DNA of 63,941 nt, filler included, from Neoconidiobolus thromboides FSU 785 (Eukaryota > Fungi > Entomophthoromycota): NCBI GenBank assembly GCA_025603075.1. It is 4 parts of 4 records of this genome, joined end to end, with 100 filler letters (N's around TTAATTAATTAA, not from the genome) between each part and the next. Parts side by side here need not be neighbours in the genome. Positions count along the whole stretch, not along the records: positions 1 to 20,541 come from MU626550.1; positions 20,642 to 51,892 come from MU626481.1; 2 more parts are not named here. One strand, given 5' to 3'. This document shows positions 11,134-22,202 of this stretch, piece after piece (the first letter of the stretch is position 1; every line of letters begins with the position of its first letter). The position numbers were made by a program, and so were the translations under genes. The notes under the pieces are model-generated. The model had not been told where the DNA came from and searched no databases. It saw nothing but the letters and a program-made list of their open reading frames with translations.

Positions 11134-13628
11134 TTAACTCAAATGCGAAAGTTGGTCAATCAATGACTTCCAGTTATGCACCGACAAATTACATGTTTTA
11201 ATCTGATCGTTAACCAAATTCTGTATCATTTGTGCTGTGATTCTAACTTGATAGTCCCTGTACAATTGATACTCATTCCATATAGTTCGTCGTACTAATC
11301 TTTCGACAACAGCATTACTTTGTAATTTTAATTGGTCCTAAAAAATCATTATTAGTACATTGTTACCTTCATTCAATGTTTCCTTACCTCTTTCAAAGTA
11401 GCTGCCAGTTTATCCAATTCCGTTTTATCTGCAGCTGGTTCTTTGCTTAAATAATTTAATGAAATTTTATTGTTTTTAATACGTCTTTTGATCCTCTCTT
11501 CATCTACAATACCTCGCTGTTGATTCCTTGTTAATAATTTCTAATAACATGATATTTTAAATTATTGTATAAATTTAATTATCAGAATGCCTTACAATAA
11601 ACCCGCTAACTACATCCCTTAACCCTTTAGTCACTTCGACTACATTATTCGTAATGGAATCAGACTATTTGATTAGTTAGTACAACTTTTTATTCATTTA
11701 TTAACTACACTCTTTTCAACTTACATTAGCCCCCATAATTACACTTAATTTTTGCAAATAAAGCATCATAAAAGGTAATTCTTCTTCTGGTGAGTAAATA
11801 TCCGAAGTATCTGAGTTATTGCCGGTCGAGCTAAGTTGAAAATTAACAATTATTTGTAATAAACAAAACAGATTTACTTATTTGGTAATGTGTTTGACTT
11901 ATTTAAATCTGCTAGATCCTTACAATCCGCTAATAAAAATTAGATTAAATAACTAATTAAACTATAACAAATTTACCTGAAATTTGTTTTGCAATCTTAT
12001 CAGTTACATTAATCATCATTGTATAATGCGACAAAATAGTTTTTAACTTCGCTTGTATTTGATCTAAGAATACTTCTAAATTATCCGGTACATCCTCCAC
12101 TAAATAATCCCCTGACAAGTTGTCATTTATATGAACTTGAACATTTTTTTCAATTTCACTTTCTATCCTGCCACTAATCTCATATGAGAATTTACCACTG
12201 TTCTGTATTTGTATTATTTGATTAAATGTATTCTATAATACTATAATATGTTTTTATTACCTCTGTATTAGTAAGGAAAGATTTGAGCAAATCATCATTT
12301 GAAATTACTGGATGATTGCAACAGAAATTCATGAATCTTATCAACCCTTTTCTTCTTTTTTCTAAAAAAGAGTCATTGGCTAATAAAAGTAAAATAACCT
12401 ACTAGCTAAATAACGATAACAATATTTACCTCCTATCCTTTTTGGTGGCAAATCAGGTATAAGTCTATAGGTATACTTTGTAATAAGGTAATTATATAGT
12501 ATATAAAATTCACTATATCTTCTTAAAACCCTTGTATTAAACCTCTATTTAAATGAATTAATAAAACGTTAACATGTAATAGTTATTATTATTACTGTCG
12601 AAGAGACTACATAATTAACATGTTTAAATATAAAGCCTTCTAGTTGATCATGTAAATGAATGGTAATTGTATCAATGGGAGAATCATGGACGGCAGCATA
12701 AGTTAATGAAGGCGGAATACTTTTCATTCCTGAGGTAGAATTCATTAATGAAGAGCCTTGCTCTTGAAAATTTTCTTCATTAAATGGTATGCTGCCATTT
12801 TGCGTCATATCTTCTAATGGTTGATGCCATGGGTCATTCATGGCTTTCATACTGTTACGTGAACTTGTTGGATCATTCTTTGGTAAACTTGGTACTTTTT
12901 TACCAAATGGATTTGTTAACATATTATAATTCTCTAATCCTGGTAATGAAGGTGTAGGTAAATCTAAGAAATAAAGCTTAGAATAAGATAAATGATGTAG
13001 ATCAACAAAATTACCATGTAAATAAGCTTGAACATTCTCAAAGGACAAATCTAAATATAATCGTCAATTCTATTACTAACTATTTTCATTAGTAACCCTT
13101 ACCCATATTCTTTTGAGCTAAAGCTACCAAAGTCAAAACCAGCTTAAAGGTATTCCTAGATACTGCTAAATCTCCTGGATTCACACACATATTAATTATC
13201 TAAATTTTATTTTAACAAAAAGCAATGAACAAACTAAAAAAACCCAACCTTCTCATTAATAGATGTAGGTAGTCCGGACAAAGCTACAATGCCTTGTAAT
13301 GCTTTTAGTGGTACTTTACCTCGCTGAGGAGAAGCTTGTCGAAACGCTTTTTCATATATTGGTGGTAAATCAGTGCTACCTGGAAGTTTAAGTTAGTTGT
13401 AAATCAAGTAACAGTTGACTTATATTTACTTAAACTAGCTTCTATTGCTGAGGTTGGCCTTGATTGCCATGGGTTTTCAGGTAACATTTCAGAACTTGAG
13501 AACTTGAGGTTATTATCAGGTAAATTTGGGTAAGCTAAAATTATTTGTATTAGCATAAAAATTCTATGAAAGTCGAGCATTTGTCGTATTATAAATTTTA
13601 TTTTGTTACCTTCAATAGTAGATAACAT
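11134..13628 (-). CDS. MVP1: Sorting nexin Mvp1/SNX8 (PX + BAR), multi-exon
   Basis: EGFIFKHVNYVVSS, KYTYRLIPDLPPKRIG, FLEKRRKGLIRFMNFCCNHPVISNDDLLKSFLT (PX domain); helical C-terminus ending HNWKSLIDQLSHLS*. Confidence 0.8.
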
Positions 13629-15554
13629 TTGAAAAATAATAATTTAAAGTACGAATCAATTTATTTACCTTTCTATAAACTTAAGTGTTCTTTCTAATTA
13701 TTAATTTTTAGTATAATTTATGATTGAAATTTCCAATTTATAGTGACTTAGAAAATGGCAATTTTATAATTCTGACCTCGTTAATAGGGACCAATCATTA
13801 GCCGCTCGTCTATAGGCAGCTAATCAAGTGTATTCAACCTTTGAAATTGACCATTCATTGGCTTCGAATAAGCTGCAAGTTCCCACGATTCCAAGATTGA
13901 AAAGAAATTGCTAATTTTGGAAAACAACTCATTACATAAAAATTAGTTGTAACAATATTAATTACTAGACTATATCTCATATAAATGCAATTAATTGTTG
14001 CATTTCTTGATTAAAGCGACTATCGGTCTTTGGTTTTTATTTAAATTCTTTAAAGTATGTTCAATAAATAATTCACTTTGTAATATGAGTTATTTAGAGT
14101 TTGATTTATTAAGGAAAGGGTATAAGCTTAATTACATAAAAATATTAATTACACTTTAAGAATAATAATTTTTATGCCATATTTGTAATAAAAAATCCCA
14201 CTTGAACCCGATCTCAAAGCAGAAGCAAATTATCCATTTGGATTTGTATTTGAAATAATCTGTTCAACTATTTAAAAGCAAAGTAGATTGTAATTTGATT
14301 TCGATCATTTTAAAAATCAAACTCTCTTTTAAAAGTTACAATGGAACTCGGATTTTAACATTAATAAATTTAATACTTGGCACTGCCAATAAATATTCCA
14401 ATGGTCAATCTAGCAAATAATGAAGCAAATAACACAATTAAATAATACCGCTGACGTTCCAAGTTAAAAACCCTGCGTTGCCACTCATATTTTATCAAGT
14501 TACAAAAAAAAGTATACAAAATTTAACTTATGGATTATTAAATGAGTATGGTTCGTAGCTATTTGTTTTCAAATTAAGTTTAAATCAATATACTTATCCC
14601 TTGAAACATAAAGGTTATGTTTTATGAAATTTTTAAACAAACTCTTATTATTTGGAGGATTCACAGTTTTAAATACATGAGTAAAACACATTCAAAAGGA
14701 ACCTGTGTTTTTGAAAATAACCAAATCTATTATCTATTTATAGCAAATAAACAATGATGTGGACGGCTTTTTGTTTCACTATTTTGTCCATTTTTATGAA
14801 ATAGAAAATTTAAAGAGTACTAGTTAAATAGAAGTGTCTTTTTCGGTTTCATTTTTCGTCAATTCTTATGTAACATAAAAGTTGGACGATTTATGAGTAA
14901 ACTTTTTGAACAAAGACATTCATTTATACCTTGTTAAAACTTGAAATGAGTAAAGCTGGATCAAAGCATTTCGCCATTCCTATAGTTTCACTTAGCTTCT
15001 GATCTTTTTCTTTCGCTTAAGTCCGTCACTTTCTATCACCCAGACTTTCATTTAAAAGCCTTGACCCTCAATAATACTTGGGTGCTTTACTTTAAGACTT
15101 TATAAAAAATCAGCTCTATCTTACTTTTTGTTGAATTAACTTGCACTACCTCTTTTGCTTAAATTTATATACAAAGCTAACTTAAATTTAAAATCTACTA
15201 TCTCAATCTAAGATTGTGTAACAGTAAAAAGCAAATCCAGCATTGGCTATTATAAGTATCAACATAGATTTTAAACAGTTATAGTTTTTTATTAAAATAT
15301 TATACTTAAAAAAGCTAAAATACACAAGCTATGGTATACACCTCCAAAATATTTTCATGAAAAGATGATATTCTGAGAAAATGACAATAATGACTTATTA
15401 AAAAATAAACTATTCAATCTCATAGTATAAATGTTCATTTTTCCTGATTTTGTTATTAAATATAGTTTGGTAAATTATTTTTTGTTTAAGGTTGCTCTGT
15501 TATTTGATAAATAGTATTATTATTTTTCGATAAGCACTGTCACTATTTTTGAAC

Positions 15555-15659
15555 GTATGGGAGGTATTTTTTTGTTTCATTACTTTTTCCATTTTTTTAA
15601 GTAACATTTAAGTGGAAAAACTTATTAGTAAAATTCAAACAAAAAATACATTCCCATAT
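15555..15659 (+). mobile_element. MITE family A copy
   Basis: GTAT-GGGAGGTATTTTT...AAAAAATACATTCCC-ATAT. Confidence 0.8.
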
Positions 15660-15696
15660 CAAGTTTTTACAGACATTCTCATGTTTTTTTTACCCA

Positions 15697-15748
15697 ATAA
15701 CGCTTAGAAAATGGAAAAATAATGAAACTAAAAAAAACAGCCCCATAT
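15697..15748 (-). mobile_element. MITE family A, partial copy in reverse orientation
   Basis: CGCTTAGAAAATGGAAAAATAATGAAACTAAAAAAAACAGCCCC-ATAT. Confidence 0.75.
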
Positions 15749-15781
15749 GTTGCCAACACTTTACATTCGAATTTAGCAATA

Positions 15782-15887
15782 ATATGAGCATGTTTTTTGG
15801 TTTCATTACTTTCTCCATTTTTTAAGTGCTATTTGAGCAGAAAGATTGTTAGTAAAGTTCTTAGACAAAAAAATACATCCCACATAT
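15782..15887 (+). mobile_element. MITE family A copy
   Basis: ATAT-GAGCATGTTTTTTGG...AAGTGCTATTTGAGCAGAAAG...TACATCCCAC-ATAT. Confidence 0.8.
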
Positions 15888-16073
15888 TATCCTAAGAATA
15901 TTAAAAATTATCTAATAAAAAATTGTTCGGATACCTGATCTAACTTGGAGGCGCTATATCTCAGCAAATAAACCTTCAATAAGCTATATCTTTTTCAATA
16001 AAAACCCTGAAATTTAAATCTTTAGTATCTAAATTATTTTATAAGCTATGAAAAAATAAACAAAAAAATTAAT

Positions 16074-16277
16074 ACATGGTGGTGTTTTTTTTGGTTTCAT
16101 CACTTCCGTTTCTTAAGTACTATTTGAGTGGAAAAATTGTTAATAAAATCCTTAAATAAAAAAATATATCTCCATATGGGAGTGTTTTTTTGACTTCATT
16201 ATTTCTTCCATTTTTTAAGCGCTATTTAAGCGGAAAATTTGTCAGTAAAATTCTTAAACAAAAATACATCCCCGTAT
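16074..16277 (+). mobile_element. Head-to-tail dimer of MITE family A sharing one ATAT (16174-16177)
   Basis: Junction ATATATCTCC-ATAT-GGGAGTG. Confidence 0.85.
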
Positions 16278-16855
16278 GATCAATCTTTTCATCCTTTGTA
16301 TACCTGAATTTAAACAATGCTTATTGACGAATTTATAACAAGCTTTAACTTTGTTTCAAATGACTAATCCTATAATAAAAGCTTTATTTAATAGTTTGAC
16401 ATTATTGTAACATGAGAAACGTAACTAAAAAAATGTAAAAAATCATAGATAATAGAGCCATTTCCCTACCCACTATATTTATTCTATTCAAATATAACAC
16501 CTCTAACCCTTTTATTCTATGATTTTGATCCACTCTCATATTCATTCAAATCAAAAGATTGAGTTCGTAAAATAGTAATAGTTTGGGGTTAAAAGTCATT
16601 TCTAAAAAAAATTAATTATGCTTAGTGTAAAAACATAGATTATATTATTAATGTAGGAAATCAATTGTTAGAAATATCTATACTTTTAGCCTTAAGACCA
16701 GCTTCAAGCACGGGAATATGCTTCCCAAGTATCAAAAATATATTATATTCATTACAGATGTACACTTTGTTTTATATTTATTCAAATTTAATATGAAGTT
16801 GTTTTCTTTTTTATGTTTAAATTCTTTTCTATAAAGTTATTTTTATATATATATA

Positions 16856-17535
16856 ATGTAATATCAGCGCTAACATAATTGTTTTTATTACCTCATCATA
16901 TTTTTGATATTGCCACCATACATTTGAACATATTTTTAATTTGTTTTTGTTTTCATATTAAACTAACAACAAGGGATTTAAAATTAATCATTACAGTAGC
17001 AGTGGTAGAGTATTTTGTTGCATTAGTGGTATTGATAAATTAACTTTATTATTTCGGGACTGAACAGTACCTGGCTTATATTGATTCAGGATATTAAGTC
17101 CTTGCATTTTTAAGCAGTGCAGTATATTATTTTGAAGTTGAATTAGATGTATTTTTAGCTGCTGAAAAGCTAAGCAATCAAAATCAAGCTACTAAAACAT
17201 ATATTTTTACCTTTACATATAAACGCTATATCTTTTATTGCTTTATTACTTTACTGTGCCACTCAAAGCTTAATGATGCTAACTTCTTTTGATATGATTC
17301 GCATGCTATCTGTAACTAATTTCATAACTGGTTCCATCATTTATCATTATTTAGTTAAGTTCCTTTTTTGGAGTATCAATAATATCCTTTTGTTGTTATA
17401 AATTAGCCAGGAATATAATTGATATGAGAGTTTTTACTGAAATTGAGATAAGTTCAATACTAACAATAAAAAATAATAATAGGATATCCAGCTTGAACTC
17501 AGTTACAATCAGATTAGATATTATATTAACAATAT
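16856..17535 (+). pseudogene. Degenerate 7TM receptor paralog (same family as 1-798 and 19744) interrupted by MITE dimer
   Basis: Colinear with ORF 19744 (e.g. TTTTTAGCTGCTGAAA, CTTTATTACTTTACTGTGCCAC, GGAGTATCAATAATATCCTTTTGTT) with stops (ATG TAA) and indels. Confidence 0.85.
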
Positions 17536-17743
17536 GGGAGTGTTTTTTTTAACTTCATTACTTTTTCCATTTTTTAAGTACTATTTAAGTGGAAAATTTG
17601 TTAGTAAAGTTCTTAAACACAAAAATACATCCCCATATATTGGGTTGTTTTTTTTGGTTTCATCACTTTTTCCATCTTTTAAGGGCTTTTTGAGCGGAAA
17701 AATTGTTAATAAAATTGTTAAACACAAAAATACGTCCCCATAT
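17532..17743 (+). mobile_element. Head-to-tail dimer of MITE family A inserted in the 7TM pseudogene
   Basis: ATAT-GGGAGTG...ACATCCCC-ATATAT-TGGGTTG...ACGTCCCC-ATAT. Confidence 0.9.
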
Positions 17744-19015
17744 GTTTATTGTTACAACTTATTTAAATATGATAAGTTTCTGTAAAAATATACTTTTTAT
17801 AAAACACAAGATTGAGTCGATTAAAGATATAGTCCTAAGTGATACTAATAGTATGTAGAGTAATAGTATAGCAAAGTTCTAATAATTCTTTTTCAGAAAC
17901 CCAAAGAAATTTGGCAATATGTGGTGGACTTTATGAACTTAAAGAATTAATATTAGGGTCAATTTGAACACTTCCGCTTTGAGTTGATTTTTTATTAATA
18001 TAAAAGATGGTGACACTTTTTGCTTTTTTGCTTTTTTGCCAATATCAGTTAACTTTTCAAAATATTCATAGAATTCATAGGCATTATAAAGGCTTGCCAT
18101 ATCATATTAGAGGATTTTGTAGGCTCTTTGATCTAGCTCAGTACTATCGCTTATATTTTCGACATTACTACCATTGCTGTTAGTAGCAAATACCTTGAAG
18201 GAGTCAAACCTGGTCTACTTGGTTTTGACCAACAAAAAATCAAAAGCCTTGGGATGGACTACCAGTAATCCTAACCCTAACCATGACACTAATATCAACC
18301 GACTTGTATCTAAAAATCACTGTCACTTTCGAATTACTTTTACGTTAATTTTTTTATGTTTATTGAAAATTGCTTCAATCCAATGTTGACTTAAATTCTA
18401 TTCATTTAGTAATCTTGTCCGTAAACTATTTTTGCTTAAAATTATGACAAACTTATTAAAAAGTCTATTATTTGTCTATTTATTTATACTGCTACTCAAA
18501 GAAATATCATCAAAAATGTAAATGATGATGAAGAAATAAAACATTTTCTTTATATGCCATATTTTTTTAATTTCAATGTTTTCAGCATTATGCTTTTTAT
18601 CTAAAAAAGTTACATACATCATATCTATTCTATTAATATACAACACCCCTGTCTTTTTATTTAGAGCTTTTTAACCTACTCTCATAACCGCTTGAGCTAA
18701 AAGGCCGAATTTCCTAAAACAACATTAAATAAGATTCAAAACTGATGAATCCTATCTTAATGTTAAAATAATCTCCGCTCTTTTGCCTTTGGTTTTATAT
18801 CCATTATTTAATATAATTTCCTATTTCATCATAACTTTATTTCAAAGTAAAGCACTCGGGAGTTGTTAGGCTTTTTCGGGATTTAAAAAAATATTTTAGA
18901 GACATAAGGCAGTATTTTTTAAGCTTGACAAGTAGTTTAGAGGAAATCTAACGCATCGTCTCTATAAATTTAGAAAACATTGAGGATACTAAATTAGGCA
19001 AAAAAGATGAATCAT

Positions 19016-19066
19016 AATGTGGGTGTTTTTTTTCAATATTATTTTTTCCATTTTTTAAATGCTACT
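19016..19066 (+). mobile_element. MITE family A, 5' half only
   Basis: AATGTGGGTGTTTTTTTTCAATATTATTTTTTCCATTTTTTAAATGCTA. Confidence 0.55.
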
Positions 19067-19743
19067 ACAAATTTAATTAAGTTATTGGTTTGTTTTACAT
19101 AATTTTATATATGAAGGTAATAATTTGCTATAAGAAAATAAATAGATTTTTTAAAAAGGCGTAATTTTACTTTTAGGTCACAATGTGCTATGCTGTTGAT
19201 ATTATAACTTACTAATACGGCTAAAAAAATGAACTTACAATTTATAAAAAATGCTATTCATGTTTCTATTTGAACCTTCTCTCATGTATAAAAGTGCATA
19301 GTTAAAATAAATCTATAAAGAATTTAGTTGAATTTAGTTGAATTTGTTATATTAAGCAAAAAAAAGAACTAGTATATCCTCAAACAAAGAAATACATGCT
19401 CATATTATTAACATACTACTGTGATAATTCAGACGTCTATTTAGCATTTGAGTTACAATTGCTGAATCTAAATATTAAAGGGATGTTGTTATAAAATTTA
19501 GCTAATACAAAGTTAAAATGCACAGTCTGCACTTAATTTATAAAGCTAACAATAAACAAATAAGTCTAAATGTTTCTTTTTGGTTTTAAGATTAAAATTT
19601 AACTTATGGATTAATTTTAAATATTGAAGCAATGTATGCTCACTATAAAAACATAAGTATTTACTATCTACTTATGCTTAATTTAAATCCTTTTGTTTTG
19701 ATATTTAAATCTTCTCTTTAAATTAAAATTTATTGCATCTAAA

Positions 19744-20541
19744 ATGGGAACTCAAGATCCATATAACTATTTCCATTACTCCATTATATCTTTGATGTTT
19801 GTTACCATAATTTTAAATACGTTTTTAATCTACTTTTGTTTTCGAATTAAACCAATGACAAAGGACTTAAAGTTAATAGTCGCAGTGGCTTCAGTAGAGT
19901 ACTTTGCCCCATTAGTATTGTTGATAGATTTTTCTTATTATCTTGTGACTGGACAGCGCCTAATTCATATTACTTTAGGATGCCAGATCCTTGGTTTTTT
20001 AGTTAATATCTTATATTACTTTGAAGTTCAATTAAGTGTGTTTTTAGCTGCTGAAAGGTTACATAAAATAATCAAAATCAAACTACCAAAATATATCTTT
20101 TTACCTTTACATATAAATGCTATATCTTTTATTGCTTTATTACTTTACTGTGCCACCCAAAACTTAATGACACCAGCTTCTTCTGACTTGATGTGTATGT
20201 TATCTGTAATGGATTCATTGATCAGCTCTATCACTTATCATTATTTAGTTTTAAGCTTCTTTTTTGGAGTATCAATAATATCCTTTTGTTATTATAAATT
20301 AGCCAGGAATGTAACTAATATAAAAATTTTTGTCCAAATCGAGGCAGCATCAGAATCAACAGTAATAAAAAATAAGAAGATTCCCAGTTTGAACTCAGCA
20401 GCAATTAGAATATATACTATATTAATAGTATATGTTGTTTGTATGTCAGGATCTGTTTTCTTTCTTTTGTTAGAAAGTTCGCTCCATTATATGTCGAAGG
20501 AAGTAAACCAAACAATTATTACCATGAATCAAATTGTCGAG
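19744..20541 (+). CDS. Rhodopsin-like (class A) 7TM receptor-like protein, 3' end lost in gap
   Basis: Six hydrophobic helices visible; TM1 LN, Cys at top of TM3 (GCQILGF), DRY-like AERL, ECL2 Cys (LMC), TM5 FCY; intronless. Confidence 0.75.
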
Positions 20542-20641
20542 NNNNNNNNNNNNNNNNNNNNNNNNNNNNNNNNNNNNNNNNNNNNTTAATTAATTAANNN
20601 NNNNNNNNNNNNNNNNNNNNNNNNNNNNNNNNNNNNNNNNN
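20542..20641. other. Scaffold gap (100 bases) with TTAATTAATTAA linker
   Basis: N run with the 12-mer at 20586-20597. Confidence 0.95.
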
Positions 20642-20751
20642 ATATAAAATGATTTATCATTAATTAGGACTTGAAGAAAAGTATATAAATAAAGCTTATA
20701 AATATCGTTTACTTTAGAATTTATTATTTTATTTATTACATATTACAAGAT

Positions 20752-21282
20752 ATGTTAGACTCTATCGAAAGTTATAAAACTTATACTTATAATTTTACAT
20801 CAGTTTGTAATAATACTGGCAATAAAATGAAGGAAAGTAGGGATACTAATGGTGATAGTAACAAAAAAACCACCAAAGAGTCTTTGAAAAAAGAGAGACG
20901 TAAGATATTAGAATCAATGTATAGACTTAATCCATATCCTTGTAAAGATGCAAGGAAACAGATATCTCAGCAGCTACAAATGGATCCAAGAGAATTTCAA
21001 ATTTGGTTTCAAAATCGTAGATCTAGAGAAAAGAAAAAGACAAGTTTAATACCGATAAATACAGGTTTACAGTGGATTAATACCATCGAACCTTCTTATT
21101 TTTTGAAGCTCTCCTCAAGCTCATCGCCTGAAATGAATGGCAATAATTCTAATTTTTCTCCTACACTATCATCTCAAAGTAACTTTGAATCTAACCCTAA
21201 TACAATAAACCACTCTACTACCACTCCTTCTTCCTCAACTAAGAGTACAACAAGGATGAGTTTGAATTATTTACTGATATAA
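20752..21282 (+). CDS. Homeodomain transcription factor
   Basis: LESMYRLNPYPCKDARKQISQQLQMDPREFQIWFQNRRSREKK; helix-3 signature WFQNRR. Confidence 0.85.
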   Translation: MLDSIESYKTYTYNFTSVCNNTGNKMKESRDTNGDSNKKTTKESLKKERRKILESMYRLNPYPCKDARKQISQQLQMDPREFQIWFQNRRSREKKKTSLIPINTGLQWINTIEPSYFLKLSSSSSPEMNGNNSNFSPTLSSQSNFESNPNTINHSTTTPSSSTKSTTRMSLNYLLI

Positions 21283-22015
21283 TTTATTTCTTTAACCTTA
21301 TTTTGTATATCATTTCTCAAATAAAATATACAATTGTACTATTAGTTTACTCATGTCGACATTTTTAAAATAGTTTTTAATAAACAATATGGTCAAGATG
21401 TACATAAAAGTTCCAACGATTTGGACTATCCCATCAAATATGGCTTATTCATAATAGTTTTATATTTTGTTTTAATTTATTATAAAGCTGCAAAACTAAC
21501 TAAAAAGGTAATTACTAATTAATTTATAATCTATAAAACAAGCTTTAAATCCTTATAAAATTATATATTATACCGCTATGTATAATTTTAAAAATGTTAA
21601 TGTATAGCCTTGATACTAAAATTCCTAATTTAAGCAAACTAGTTTAGATCAATTAATTATTAAGATTATTTTTTATCAAGAAATATTTTTATTCATGCAT
21701 GTTTAATAAAAAGCTGAAATGGTAACTTAAATTACCAAAATGCGAACATGCAGCTTATTATATTAATTAACAGTTTGGGTTGTATATAGAATAAGGCTTT
21801 ATAGTTGTTTTGGGGGTACAAAGGCGGATACTAAAGAAGAGAAAAGCAATCAATAAAATGAGAAACAGGATTTCATTTTAAATGAAGTTTTGTTTAATAA
21901 TATTTGGAACATAAATGGGTCAATCAAAAGAATTTATCTATCTATTTAACTATAATTATTGTGGATTTTAGAATTTAAAGCAGCACAGTAAAACTTGAAT
22001 TTCTAATAAAAAGAA

Positions 22016-22087
22016 CTTCCTCACGGGGAATCGAACCCCGGCCGTTCCGGTGAAAGCGGAAAATCCTAACCACTGGACCATGAAGAA
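22016..22087 (-). tRNA. tRNA-Glu(TTC), intronless
   Basis: Acceptor TTCTTCA/TGAGGAA, anticodon arm TTCCG-CTTTCAC-CGGAA, T-loop TTCGATT, T-run downstream. Confidence 0.92.
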
Positions 22088-22202
22088 CTATGACTTTAGT
22101 AGGATTATAAATTATAACTTTTTAAAACATCATAAACAATATTGTAAATATATTTTGAAAAATACTTTATAAACTCAACTCATTGATGATTTATTTTATT
22201 AG

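Noticed and set aside
13765-13900. GC-richer stretch upstream of MVP1 considered as snRNA
   Set aside because: Only short matches (GCCAATGA, ATCAAGTGTA), no Sm site or full fold recognised; CCAAT-containing promoter DNA is an equally good explanation.
15555-17743. Clustered ~105-bp repeats as a CRISPR-like array
   Set aside because: Irregular spacing, both orientations, TIRs and TSDs, no cas genes, and a eukaryotic intron-rich context.
17534-17785. 83-aa ORF with an internal 35-aa repeat (MGVFFLTSLLFPFFKYYLSGK...) resembling a small membrane toxin
   Set aside because: It is the translation of the MITE dimer. Other copies (4541, 16174) hit stops within 6-18 codons because homopolymer lengths vary, so the frame is not conserved.
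18660-18706. tRNA-like 5' half on the minus strand (GGCCTTTTAGCTCAAGCGGTTATGAG), also faintly U2-like
   Set aside because: No T-arm/B-box, no acceptor partner, and no U2 branch-pairing GTAGTA region. At most a decayed fragment.
20586-20597. TTAATTAATTAA palindrome in all three gaps (also 51937, 62680)
   Set aside because: Identical 12-mer centred in N runs; an assembly linker giving stops in all six frames. It also creates the artificial ends of ORFs 19744 and 62684.
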